50,248 bases of DNA from Minisyncoccota bacterium (GCA_035327525.1 DAOLDC010000001.1:1-50248), one strand, 5' to 3'. Positions 7,683 through 17,610 are shown, numbered from the stretch's first letter. Program-made: numbers and translations. The notes: a model not told the origin generated them from the sequence alone.

Positions 7683-10600
7683 ATGAAACTTAAATTATTT
7701 TTCTACATAGCATTTGTCGTTGTAATATTTTTTTCGACTACCAGTGATGCATTTGCCGCAACATACTATTGGGTTGGAACAGAAGGTGGTAATGTCAGTG
7801 TAAAAGAAAATTGGAATACCGCCGCAGCGGCTTGTAGTGGTACTGGTAACGCACCAAGCGTATTGACTGGTGATATATTTATATTTACCTCATCATGCAC
7901 AACTAGTCCATCTATAAATGCTAACTGGAATATTGCTGGACTAACAATGCAATCTGGATATTCTGGTACAATCAGTATCGGTTCTAATACACTGAATTCT
8001 ACCGGCTCAATAACTATTTCTGCTGGAACTTTTAATTTGAATTCTGGAACAATTATTTTTTCTGGGCAAACGACTAAAACACTAACAATAAGTGATCCAA
8101 GTTACTTTAATGCTGGAACTGGAACAGTTACCGTGAATGGAAGAAATATAACCTTCAATACTAATAATGTAGATTTTTACAATCTAACAACTAGTCAGGA
8201 AAGCGGGTCGTATTCACTTACAATCACATCAGGCACCAGTATTAATGTTTTGAATAATTTAGATCTCGGAGTTGGTGGAGTTGGTTTAGGAACAATAAAT
8301 GCCAAAGGAAACGTTTCGCATATTACTGGCAGTAGTACGACTAATACTGCTACTATTAATATTAACGGCACATCAGCACAATCAGTAGTTTTCAATGGTG
8401 GAACCGCGTCAAATGTAACAATAAATAATTCTAACGCAACTGTTGCATATAATGGTACTACAACTTTTCGTGCACTAACTATTAGTGCAATGTCTGGTTC
8501 TATCAATCTTGGTTCGCACAATATGTCTGTACAATCTCTGACACAATCAGCTGGTGGAATAAATGTGGGATCAGGAACATTTACATCCACTGGTGCCGTT
8601 AATATATCTGGTGGAACCTTTAACACAAGTGAAAATAATTCTGGAGATTTTATAGCAACTAGCACATTTACAATATCTGGCGGAACATTTCACACAACAT
8701 CTGGAAATAATACTTTTAATCACGACTTTACACAGTCAGGCGGAACAATTAATGCGTCGCTTGGTACAATTATCCTCACTGGAGCACATAGAACAATCGA
8801 TGTGTTGAATGATTTGGAGATAAACAATCTTACTATTTCACATATAATAAGTAACAATAGAACAATAGCTTCTGGGGACGTTTTGGTTGTTAATGGAAAT
8901 TTGATTCTTGATAGTGGCAGAGTCACAGGTAATATAACCGCAAAAGGTAATGTTACTGTAAACTCAAACTTTGTCTCAACCACAGGAACAGTTACATTAG
9001 AAAGTAATGGAACATCCGATGCAAAAAGCGCCATTTTTAATGGTGGAACGGCACCTGGTATGGTTTTTAATAATCCACACATTACCGCATCATTCACGGC
9101 CAGCTCGACGATAAATAGTATTACTATGTCCACTGGAACACTTAATATTAACTCACATAATTTAAGTGTTAATGCAGCATTTACACAATCTGGTGGTAAC
9201 TTCAATACCTCCGAAAATAATTCTGGAGATTTTTCTGTTACCGGAGTATTTACAATATCCGGCGGAACATTTCACACAACATCCGGAAATAATACCTTTA
9301 ATAATAATTTTATTCAAACAGGCGGAACAATTAATGCATTACTCGGAACTGTAACTTTTACTGGAGGAAGTAGTGTTGGTAGAAGTTTGGATATATTAGA
9401 AGTTATTGTGGTAAATAATTTAGTGATTAATCATGAAAATCAAGGCAGAAGAGAAACCGCTTCTGGAGACAAAATAATTGTAAATGGTAACGCAGCACTG
9501 ATTAGAGGAACATTATCCGGGATCGTTGAATTAAAAGGTGATTTAGTAATTGGTCCAGTATGGAATGGAACTAATGTTTTTAATACTGCAACATACAGTT
9601 TTGTTGGAACAAATCCGCAATCAATATCAAATTCATTATCAGATAGCTTTACATCAGGTCAGGTTACAATTAGTAATGGATCTGAAGTTTCTCTAACATC
9701 TAATGCAATAATTACAAATTTTAACATCGCAGATGGTGGTATATTTAATATTGGTCAATATAACTTCACATCAACTACTTTTGCAATAGATTCTGGTGGA
9801 ACACTTGTTTTGACTGGTGAGGGAACTGTTACAACCCCAACAATTGCATCTGGTAGTACAATCAGATATACCGGATCAGGTGATTTATTTATCAAACATT
9901 CATGGGAATATCAGAATTTAGAAATAGTTGGTAATTCTTCAAACACAGCATATTTTACTGCTGGCCAAACAGTAACAATATCTGGCAACACCACAATGCG
10001 TGGAGAAGCTGATTCGTTATTGCATCTAAGGTCTACGATTGAAGGTGAGCAATGGGGAATCAATCCTCAAGAAGACAGAGATATACAATATGTAAACGTA
10101 AAAGATTCTAATAATATAAATATAACTGTAATCGAGGCCACAGACAGTGAGGATGCTGGGAACAATATTGGATGGAATTTGAGTATTTTGGCACCACAAC
10201 TGATCAGAATTACTGCGTCTGGTAGACATGTGACAAATATCAGTTTGGAATCTGGCGATATAGTCGATCAATATATTGGTGGCGTTTTCAGTCTTTTTCA
10301 AGAAGATGGAGCAAGTACCATCGAGTCGATTACACTTACTCAGGTTGGTAGTTTGAGTGGTGAATATTTGAGTGATATAAAAATTGAATATTTCGAAATT
10401 GGTGGTTCGGATTTTTGCGCTACAGAAGTTCCGGAAGGGACAAGTACATTTGGAACACTAGGTGGTGTTGTGGGTGCGCAAAATATTATGGAAATAACAA
10501 CTGCTGAGCCACTGGAGTTTGGCAACAATAATAGATTGTGCTTTTATATTTTTTATTCAATAGAAACAGGCACAGAACCAGACATTTTCTTTGCCGGCAA

Positions 10601-11003
10601 ATCTATCAAATTCCAAATTACTGATGCTGATAGTATTGTGTTAGTTGGTGAAGAGGAGGAGCTACCAGAAATCAGTCTAGGTTCAACACCATTATCAATC
10701 CCAGGATTTACAATAATTTCACAATCTGGAGTCAGCACACTAACGCTGAGAAATAGTGAAGGCGTCACAATATTTTTTGTCGATGAAGGTGTTTTGTATC
10801 GACAAAATAATAGTAATGAAAAAAGACGCATCACCTCAAAAGATATTGTTGTTGACGCGGTAGTTTTCAAACATCTCAATAGTTCCAAACCAGACGAGCC
10901 AGCAAATATTCAAATCGAATTATTATTGAGTCACAGAAACACAAATTATTCTGGTGCACCAATTAGACAATACTTCAAGACAACTGTTACAATGAGGAGG
11001 TAA
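7683..11003 (+). CDS. Large secreted beta-helix-type surface protein/adhesin with three tandem modules of about 194 aa
   Basis: Signal peptide MKLKLFFYIAFVVVIFFSTTSDAFA/AT. YYWVG..NW start as in autotransporter-associated beta-strand proteins. G/T/N/S-rich repeats (ISGGTFHTTSGNNTFN..F.Q.GGTINA). C-terminal LHLRSTIEGEQWGI...IQYVNVKDSNN motif. TGtTATAAT at 7652-7660. Confidence 0.65.
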   Translation: MKLKLFFYIAFVVVIFFSTTSDAFAATYYWVGTEGGNVSVKENWNTAAAACSGTGNAPSVLTGDIFIFTSSCTTSPSINANWNIAGLTMQSGYSGTISIGSNTLNSTGSITISAGTFNLNSGTIIFSGQTTKTLTISDPSYFNAGTGTVTVNGRNITFNTNNVDFYNLTTSQESGSYSLTITSGTSINVLNNLDLGVGGVGLGTINAKGNVSHITGSSTTNTATININGTSAQSVVFNGGTASNVTINNSNATVAYNGTTTFRALTISAMSGSINLGSHNMSVQSLTQSAGGINVGSGTFTSTGAVNISGGTFNTSENNSGDFIATSTFTISGGTFHTTSGNNTFNHDFTQSGGTINASLGTIILTGAHRTIDVLNDLEINNLTISHIISNNRTIASGDVLVVNGNLILDSGRVTGNITAKGNVTVNSNFVSTTGTVTLESNGTSDAKSAIFNGGTAPGMVFNNPHITASFTASSTINSITMSTGTLNINSHNLSVNAAFTQSGGNFNTSENNSGDFSVTGVFTISGGTFHTTSGNNTFNNNFIQTGGTINALLGTVTFTGGSSVGRSLDILEVIVVNNLVINHENQGRRETASGDKIIVNGNAALIRGTLSGIVELKGDLVIGPVWNGTNVFNTATYSFVGTNPQSISNSLSDSFTSGQVTISNGSEVSLTSNAIITNFNIADGGIFNIGQYNFTSTTFAIDSGGTLVLTGEGTVTTPTIASGSTIRYTGSGDLFIKHSWEYQNLEIVGNSSNTAYFTAGQTVTISGNTTMRGEADSLLHLRSTIEGEQWGINPQEDRDIQYVNVKDSNNINITVIEATDSEDAGNNIGWNLSILAPQLIRITASGRHVTNISLESGDIVDQYIGGVFSLFQEDGASTIESITLTQVGSLSGEYLSDIKIEYFEIGGSDFCATEVPEGTSTFGTLGGVVGAQNIMEITTAEPLEFGNNNRLCFYIFYSIETGTEPDIFFAGKSIKFQITDADSIVLVGEEEELPEISLGSTPLSIPGFTIISQSGVSTLTLRNSEGVTIFFVDEGVLYRQNNSNEKRRITSKDIVVDAVVFKHLNSSKPDEPANIQIELLLSHRNTNYSGAPIRQYFKTTVTMRR
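8610..9350. repeat. Internal duplication: 8610-8768 and 9192-9350 are near-identical at DNA level (offset 582 bp, 194 codons)
   Basis: Shared runs include gaaaataattctggagatttt, acaatatcYggcggaacatttcacacaacatcYggaaataatacYtttaat and caggcggaacaattaatgc. Confidence 0.85.
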
Positions 11004-11008
11004 AAAAT

Positions 11009-11434
11009 ATGTCAAAAAATAGTTCAAAAAACAAAAGAGGTTTTGTGGCACTAACATCTGTTATTCTGATCAACGCAGTGCTACTTTTTGTTGTTAGTAG
11101 TATCTCTTTTCAGACAATAGATGAGGGTCAAGTCACAACTGCCCACGAACAATCGCTAAAATCTCGTTATGTGGCGAATGCCTGTGCAGAATATGCACTA
11201 ATGCAGATTGCTAATGATTCTGAATCTATTGCCACAGATGCTGAAGTCGATTCTGATGAGTTGGATGGTAATAATTGTACTTATAGTATTTCAGGAAATT
11301 ATCCAAACAAGACAATAGAAATTACAAGTTCTGTCGGTCAAAATAATTTTACCTCAAAAATCCAGATAGTTGTCACAACAACAATACCATTTATTGAAAT
11401 TGCTTCTTGGAACAATTTTTCTACAGATTTTTAA
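11009..11434 (+). CDS. Putative minor pilin / PilX-N-like protein
   Basis: Basic N-terminus then KRGFVALTSVILINAVLLFVV, resembling the PilX_N or ComGG type hydrophobic segment without the Glu5. Followed by A..CAEYAL. A real GGAGG lies 8 nt upstream. Sits between the adhesin and pilM. Confidence 0.45.
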   Translation: MSKNSSKNKRGFVALTSVILINAVLLFVVSSISFQTIDEGQVTTAHEQSLKSRYVANACAEYALMQIANDSESIATDAEVDSDELDGNNCTYSISGNYPNKTIEITSSVGQNNFTSKIQIVVTTTIPFIEIASWNNFSTDF

Positions 11435-11482
11435 TAAAAAGATAGTCACACTAATGATTTTTTGCTAAAATAAATAAATATT

Positions 11483-12838
11483 ATGCAACAGGACAAAAAA
11501 ACAGATTTATCTCACAAAACAGAATTATCTGAAATAAAATCAGTAAATAAAAAAATGCCCGCGTTAACAAAATCAGAAACACCAAAATTCAAAAGCCCAT
11601 TCGACACTTTTTTTCGAAAGAGAATTGATACTGCCTTTGGAATTGATATTTCTGATAGTTCCATAGAATTGATGGAATTCAAGGCGTTTTTTTCACACAA
11701 ACCTAGATCTTATTCCAGAGTACATTTGGAAAAAGGAATTGTCGAAAAAGGCAAAATTCTCGAAAAAGATATTCTAGAGCAAAAACTAAAAATACTATTA
11801 CAAAGTGCAAAACCAAAAAAAGTTTCGACAAATAGAGTAATTATGTCACTACCCGAGGCACAAGTTTTTACCTGGAGTACTGCTATCAATAAATCTATAT
11901 CTGGAGACGAACTAAAAAACAAAATTTTCGAAGAGGCAAAAAAGTTTATTCCTCTTGATTTCAAAAAAATATATTGGGATTATGTTACATACCAAATTCC
12001 AAAAAAAGATTTACAATATGTTACCTTTGTTGGAATTAGTCAGGATGTACTGAATGATTATGTTGAGGTTGCACACAGACTTGGTTTGGAAATAGTTGAT
12101 TTTTCTCTTGTTTCTATGTGTTTAGGAAAAGTTTTTTTGCCGCCAATAGAAAAAGATACTCATGTTATTTTGGACATCGGAGGAGAAAAGAGCAATATTA
12201 CAATTTTTGAGGGAAATACATTATTAAAATTATCCGCAACTATTCCTGTCGCTGGTTACATGTTCAATAAAGAAATTTCACAAGGTATGGGAATAACAGA
12301 ACTGGAAGCAGAGGAAATGAAAATCAAATTTGGTACAGGAGAAGGCGCTCCAGCACAATATACAGAGTCAATCAATAAAATTCTGAAAAAACTTATAGAC
12401 GAAGTCAAAAAAAGTATCAAATACTACGAGGACAATTCCGGTGAAACTGTAGATGCAATATATTTGACCGGTGGTAGCTCAATGCTAATTGGTTTGAATT
12501 CTTATATAGAAAACGCTACTGGTATCAAAATCAAGCAAATGAATAGCTTGCCATTTATTTCAAAAAGCAGTGTTTTTGAAAAAGAAATTAATTTGAATTT
12601 ATTTATGAATGCAGTTGGATTAGCGCTCCTTGGAATTACAAAAAATTCAAATGCAATTTCATTCCGAAAAAAAATATTAATTGGAGATAACAAAAAAAGT
12701 TTTTTCCAAATTATCAAAACTGGAAATTTTGATAAGCAAAAAATGATTTTTTCTTACACACACGTTGTCTACGGTAGTTTGACATTGCTTGTAATTATTT
12801 TGATAACAATTTTCACTTTGATGTGGTTGGAGTTGTAA
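11483..12838 (+). CDS. pilM: Type IV pilus assembly protein PilM-like (actin-fold) with a C-terminal membrane anchor
   Basis: FGIDISDSSIELMEF, LDIGGEKSNITIF and IYLTGGSSMLIGL phosphate/adenosine motifs. About 50-aa N-terminal extension. C-terminal TM VVYGSLTLLVIILITIFTLMW. Confidence 0.6.
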   Translation: MQQDKKTDLSHKTELSEIKSVNKKMPALTKSETPKFKSPFDTFFRKRIDTAFGIDISDSSIELMEFKAFFSHKPRSYSRVHLEKGIVEKGKILEKDILEQKLKILLQSAKPKKVSTNRVIMSLPEAQVFTWSTAINKSISGDELKNKIFEEAKKFIPLDFKKIYWDYVTYQIPKKDLQYVTFVGISQDVLNDYVEVAHRLGLEIVDFSLVSMCLGKVFLPPIEKDTHVILDIGGEKSNITIFEGNTLLKLSATIPVAGYMFNKEISQGMGITELEAEEMKIKFGTGEGAPAQYTESINKILKKLIDEVKKSIKYYEDNSGETVDAIYLTGGSSMLIGLNSYIENATGIKIKQMNSLPFISKSSVFEKEINLNLFMNAVGLALLGITKNSNAISFRKKILIGDNKKSFFQIIKTGNFDKQKMIFSYTHVVYGSLTLLVIILITIFTLMWLEL

Positions 12839-12869
12839 TTTTGCCGTTTTTTCGGTATCTTTATGTAAT

Positions 12870-13976
12870 ATGTCACTATCAATCGGAATCGTCGGCCTAC
12901 CAAACGTAGGGAAATCTACTTTATTTAACGCTCTTACAAAAAAATCTGTTTCAGCAGAGAATTATCCTTTTTGCACCATTGATCCATCTGTTGGTGTAGT
13001 TGCTGTTCCGGATTCCAGATTGTACAAATTATCAGAGATGTCAAAATCAGAAAAGACAATCCCAGCAATCGTCGAATTTACAGATATTGCGGGACTAGTA
13101 AAAGGCGCTTCTGCCGGAGAAGGACTTGGCAACAAATTTCTGTCACATATTCGTGAAGTTGATGCAATAGCCGAAGTCATTAGAATTTTTGAGGACGACA
13201 ACATTGTACATGTTCATGGAAAAATCGATCCACTGTCTGATGTTGAAGTTATAAATTTGGAACTCATTCTTGCTGATAGAGAAACAGTTTCAAAAAGATT
13301 GCAAAGTGTCAGCAGAGATGCTCGAACTGGAAAAAAAGAATTTGTACTGGAAAAAGAAGCATTGGAAAAAATCGACAAAGCACTCGAATCTGGAAAATTG
13401 GCAAATACAGTCGAATTGTCAGAGGAAGAAAATTCTGTAATTGATGGATTGCATCTATTATCACGAAAACCAATTTTGTATGTTCTGAACAAAAAAGCTG
13501 GTGGAAAAAATCTTGATGAATCAGACGATGCAGAAAAAAAAGCTCAATATCAAAAAATTCTGAACTTTTTTGATGAAACAGGATCAAATTATGTAATAGT
13601 TGATGCAAATTTCGAATCTGAAATAAAGGATTTGAATGATTCAGAAAAAATCGAATTTCGTAATGATGGTGGAGTGAGCTACAGCATTGATGAATTAATA
13701 AAAAAAGGCTATGAAACATTGGATTTGATAACTTATTTTACAACAGGAGAAAAAGAAACTCGCGCATGGACAACAAAAAGGAATTCAACAGCACCCGTCG
13801 CTGGTCGAGCCATTCACTCCGATTTTCAAGAAAAATTTATTCGAGCAGAAGTTATACATTGTGATGAGTTGTTATCATTTGGTTCATATCATGCCGCTAG
13901 AGAAAAAGGCAAAGCTAGAACAGAAGGAAAAGAATATATTGTAAAAGACGGCGATGTAATAGAGTTTAAAATTTAG
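12870..13976 (+). CDS. ychF: Ribosome-binding ATPase YchF
   Basis: MSLSIGIVGLPNVGKSTLFNALT, DIAGLVKGAS, C-terminal TGEKETRAWT...RTEGKEYIVKDGDV. Confidence 0.95.
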   Translation: MSLSIGIVGLPNVGKSTLFNALTKKSVSAENYPFCTIDPSVGVVAVPDSRLYKLSEMSKSEKTIPAIVEFTDIAGLVKGASAGEGLGNKFLSHIREVDAIAEVIRIFEDDNIVHVHGKIDPLSDVEVINLELILADRETVSKRLQSVSRDARTGKKEFVLEKEALEKIDKALESGKLANTVELSEEENSVIDGLHLLSRKPILYVLNKKAGGKNLDESDDAEKKAQYQKILNFFDETGSNYVIVDANFESEIKDLNDSEKIEFRNDGGVSYSIDELIKKGYETLDLITYFTTGEKETRAWTTKRNSTAPVAGRAIHSDFQEKFIRAEVIHCDELLSFGSYHAAREKGKARTEGKEYIVKDGDVIEFKI

Positions 13977-13996
13977 AATTGTTATAATTATAAAAA

Positions 13997-16459
13997 ATGA
14001 AAGATCACTATGATCACAAAAAAATAGAAGCGAAATGGGCAACCACTTGGCAGAAAAACAAAACATTCAAAACCGCAGACTCTGTTTCTGGAAAAGATAA
14101 TGAATTTATTCTTGTTGAATTTCCATATCCGTCTGGTGATTTGCATGTTGGTCACTGGTACGCATTTGCTGTTACAGATATTTATGCAAAATTTCGTAGA
14201 TTAAACGGCAAAAATGTTTTGTTTCCGATTGGATTTGATTCATTTGGATTACCAGCCGAGAACGCTGCCATAAAAAGAGGATTAGATCCAAAAAAATGGA
14301 CATATTCAAATATTGAATCAATGAAAAAACAGATGATTTCAATGGGCGCATCTTTTGACTGGGATAGACAAGTAACAACTTCCGACACAGAATATTACAA
14401 ATGGACTCAGTGGATTTTTACAAAAATGTTTGAAAAAAACCTTGCTTACAAGAAAAAAGCATTAGTGAATTGGGATCCTATCGACAAAACTGTTTTGGCA
14501 AACGAACAGGTTATGCCTGATGGAACAGCCGAACGGTCTGGTGCAAAAGTAGAAAAAAAAGAAATAGAGCAGTGGTTTCTAAAAATAACAAATTATGCAG
14601 ACAGACTTGTTGATGATTTAGAGAATTTGGATTGGCCAAAAGAAATAAAGGAAATGCAAAAGAACTGGATCGGTCGTAGTAGTGGTGTTCAAATTTCTTT
14701 CAAAATAAAAAATTCTTCAGAAAAAATTGATGTTTTCACAACCAGAATTGATACAATTTTTGGTGTTTCGTATTTGGTTTTGGCGCCAGAAAATCCGTTA
14801 GTAGAAATTTTGATAAAAAATCAATCAAATTCATCAAGCGTGTCAAATTCATCGAGTGCGTCTATCGTATCTAATTCCGCCGAAATTTTGAAATATATAA
14901 AAGACGCAAAAAACAAAGACGAAATAGACAGGACTTCCTTATCAAAAGACAAAACTGGCATAAAAATAGAAGGAGTTTTTGCTATCAATCCAGTCAATAA
15001 TGAGGAAATTCCGATTTTTGTTGCGGACTATGTTTTGGGAAATTACGGAACCGGTGCAGTTATGGCAGTTCCGGCACATGATGAAAGAGATTATGATTTT
15101 GCCAAAAAATTTGATCTACCAATAAGATGTGTTATTTCTCCAAATCAAACTGATACAGAAAATTTACCGCAATCAGAAAATTTTTGTTACACAGAAAAGG
15201 GTATTTTGATAAATTCAGGAAAATTCGACGGAATGGATTCTGATATTGCAATAAAAGAAATTACAAAAGAAATCAGTGGGGAATTCAGAAAAACCTACAA
15301 ATTACGCGATTGGTCAGTTGGCCGACAGAGATATTGGGGTTGTCCTGTACCAATTGTTTATGACCCAAATGGCAAACCTCATGTAATTGAAGAAAAATAT
15401 TTGCCATGGGAATTACCAGAGGATGTTGATCATACTCCGACTGGTGTATCACCACTTGCAAAATCAAAAGAACTATTAGAAAGAACAGAAAAAATCTTTG
15501 GAAAAGGTTGGACACCAGAACATGAAACCTTGGATACTTTTATCGACTCATCATGGTATTTTATTCGATATCTAGATCCAAAAAATTCAGAATCTTTGGC
15601 AGATATAGAAAAAATAAAAAATTGGTTGCCAATAAGTTTTTATTCCGGCGGAGCGGAACACACAACACTTCACTTATTGTATTCTAGATTTTTCTATAAG
15701 TTTTTGTATGACATTGGAATTGTTCCACAGTCAGAACCATACAAAAGAAGGTTGAACAGGGCATTAATTCTGGGACCAGATGGAAACAAGATGAGTAAGT
15801 CAAAAGGTAATGTTATTAATCCCGATGAAATCGTTGATAGGTTGGGTGCTGACACAGTCAGAACATATTTGGCATTTATTGGTCCATACAATGAATCTGG
15901 TTCATATCCTTGGGATACTAACGGGGTAGTTGGGGTTAGAAGATTTTTGGAGAGAGTTTTTAATTTATCAGATAATTTACATAATATATCAGACGAAAAT
16001 GTTAGGGTTGAAATTAATAAATTAATTCAAAAAGCCACAAAAGATTATAATGCTCTAAAAATAAATACTGTTGTTGCGGGAATGATGGGATTTATTAATC
16101 TTGTCGAAAAAAATAAAATTTCTAAAAAAGATTTTGAGACTTTTTTGATAATTTTGTCATCATGCGCACCACATTTATCAGAAGAAATCTGGCAAAAAAT
16201 TGGAAACACTGATTCAATTATGAATCAATCATGGCCAGTATTTGATGAAAAACTATTAGAGAATCAGCGGATAATTATTGGTGTCCAAATAAACGGAAAA
16301 GTTCGCGGAGAAATTGCGGTTTCAAATGAGGATTTGGAAGATGATATCAAGGAAAGGGTATTACATCTACCAGAAATAGTAAAATGGTCAAATGATAAAA
16401 AAGTCAAAAAAGTCATATATATCAAGGGTAAAATAGTTAATGTTGTTTTGGCGGATTAA
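13997..16459 (+). CDS. leuS: Leucine--tRNA ligase
   Basis: HVGH (PYPSGDLHVGHWY) and KMSKSKGN motifs, CP1 editing region, 820 aa. TGtTATAAT at 13980-13988. Confidence 0.97.
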   Translation: MKDHYDHKKIEAKWATTWQKNKTFKTADSVSGKDNEFILVEFPYPSGDLHVGHWYAFAVTDIYAKFRRLNGKNVLFPIGFDSFGLPAENAAIKRGLDPKKWTYSNIESMKKQMISMGASFDWDRQVTTSDTEYYKWTQWIFTKMFEKNLAYKKKALVNWDPIDKTVLANEQVMPDGTAERSGAKVEKKEIEQWFLKITNYADRLVDDLENLDWPKEIKEMQKNWIGRSSGVQISFKIKNSSEKIDVFTTRIDTIFGVSYLVLAPENPLVEILIKNQSNSSSVSNSSSASIVSNSAEILKYIKDAKNKDEIDRTSLSKDKTGIKIEGVFAINPVNNEEIPIFVADYVLGNYGTGAVMAVPAHDERDYDFAKKFDLPIRCVISPNQTDTENLPQSENFCYTEKGILINSGKFDGMDSDIAIKEITKEISGEFRKTYKLRDWSVGRQRYWGCPVPIVYDPNGKPHVIEEKYLPWELPEDVDHTPTGVSPLAKSKELLERTEKIFGKGWTPEHETLDTFIDSSWYFIRYLDPKNSESLADIEKIKNWLPISFYSGGAEHTTLHLLYSRFFYKFLYDIGIVPQSEPYKRRLNRALILGPDGNKMSKSKGNVINPDEIVDRLGADTVRTYLAFIGPYNESGSYPWDTNGVVGVRRFLERVFNLSDNLHNISDENVRVEINKLIQKATKDYNALKINTVVAGMMGFINLVEKNKISKKDFETFLIILSSCAPHLSEEIWQKIGNTDSIMNQSWPVFDEKLLENQRIIIGVQINGKVRGEIAVSNEDLEDDIKERVLHLPEIVKWSNDKKVKKVIYIKGKIVNVVLAD

Positions 16460-16462
16460 CTA

Positions 16463-16491
16463 TTGACAACCTATTAACCAAGTGCTATCCT
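16463..16491 (+). promoter_or_regulatory. Promoter TTGACA-17nt-TATCCT
   Basis: TTGACA at 16463-16468 and TATCCT at 16486-16491. The predicted 5' UTR contains the inverted repeat AATTGAAA (16501-16508) / TTTCAATT (16533-16540). Confidence 0.45.
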
Positions 16492-16553
16492 ATTTGAAGC
16501 AATTGAAATAGATATTCGTTATTTATTAACGCTTTCAATTATAAAAATATAAA

Positions 16554-17582
16554 ATGATAAAACTTAGTTTTCAACCAAAAGATGTTGTAAAAAAATTACT
16601 GTCTGGTTTGCCACCTCGATCAAAGGATGTTTTGGTCAAAAGATATGGCCTATCAAAAAATACAGATAGATTGACTCTGGAATCTATCGGTCAAGAATAT
16701 AATATAACAAGAGAAAGAGTTCGTCAGATTGAGGACCACTCATTAACAAGTATTAGAAAATCTGATTTTTACAAAGAAAATGAAGCTGTGTTTAATGAAC
16801 TAAAAGGGGCAATACAGGATCTGGGTGGAATAATATCTGAAACAGATTTACTGAATAATATTTCATCCAATAATGCCGTAAGAAATTCTGTACATTTTTT
16901 GCTTGTAGTTGGTGATCATTTTATAAAATCAAAAGAAGACGATCATTTCAATCATCGCTGGTCAGTTGATACCGGCCTTACTACTTCGATTGAACAATCC
17001 ATAAAAAAACTATACGAAAACCTAAAAGACGACGACATAATTCCAGAATCTGAATTAATAAAATCGTTTTTAAACCATGTTCAGGATGTATCAGAAATAT
17101 ATCGAAGAGATGAAATAATAAAAAGATGGCTAAAAATCTCAAAGAGAATTGTCCAAAATCCTTTGGGGGAATGGGGCAAGGTTGAATCACCAAATATAAA
17201 TGTAAAAGGTATTAGAGATTACGCATATCTTGTTATTAGAAAACACGGTTCTCCTATTCACTTCAAAGAATTAGCAGTACAGATATCAAAAGTTTTTGGT
17301 AAAAAAGCTCATATTGCTACTTGTCACAACGAATTAATCAAGGACCCTAGATTTGTTTTGGTTGGTAGAGGACTTTATGCTTTGACCGATTGGGGATATT
17401 CTCCAGGCGTAGTTAGAGATGTTATAAAGACTATTATCGAAAAAAACGGACCATTGTCAAAAGAAGAAATCATAAAAAGAGTTCTTAAGGAGAGATATGT
17501 AAAAGAAAATACTATAATTGTTAACCTTCAAAATCAAAAGTATTTCAAAAAAGACAAAAAAGGAAATTACGTTTTGGTCTAA
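16554..17582 (+). CDS. DNA-binding protein with an N-terminal sigma-70 region-4-like HTH and a C-terminal HARE-HTH-like domain
   Basis: RSKDVLVKRYGL....TLESIGQEYNITRERVRQIEDHSL matches sigma region 4.2. C-terminal IRDYAYLVIRKHGSPIHFKELAVQI...LVGRGLYALTDWGY resembles the HARE-HTH/RpoE-delta type. No sigma region 2. Confidence 0.6.
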   Translation: MIKLSFQPKDVVKKLLSGLPPRSKDVLVKRYGLSKNTDRLTLESIGQEYNITRERVRQIEDHSLTSIRKSDFYKENEAVFNELKGAIQDLGGIISETDLLNNISSNNAVRNSVHFLLVVGDHFIKSKEDDHFNHRWSVDTGLTTSIEQSIKKLYENLKDDDIIPESELIKSFLNHVQDVSEIYRRDEIIKRWLKISKRIVQNPLGEWGKVESPNINVKGIRDYAYLVIRKHGSPIHFKELAVQISKVFGKKAHIATCHNELIKDPRFVLVGRGLYALTDWGYSPGVVRDVIKTIIEKNGPLSKEEIIKRVLKERYVKENTIIVNLQNQKYFKKDKKGNYVLV

Positions 17583-17610
17583 AATTCTCTATTTTATTGA
17601 ATTCCAAAAA

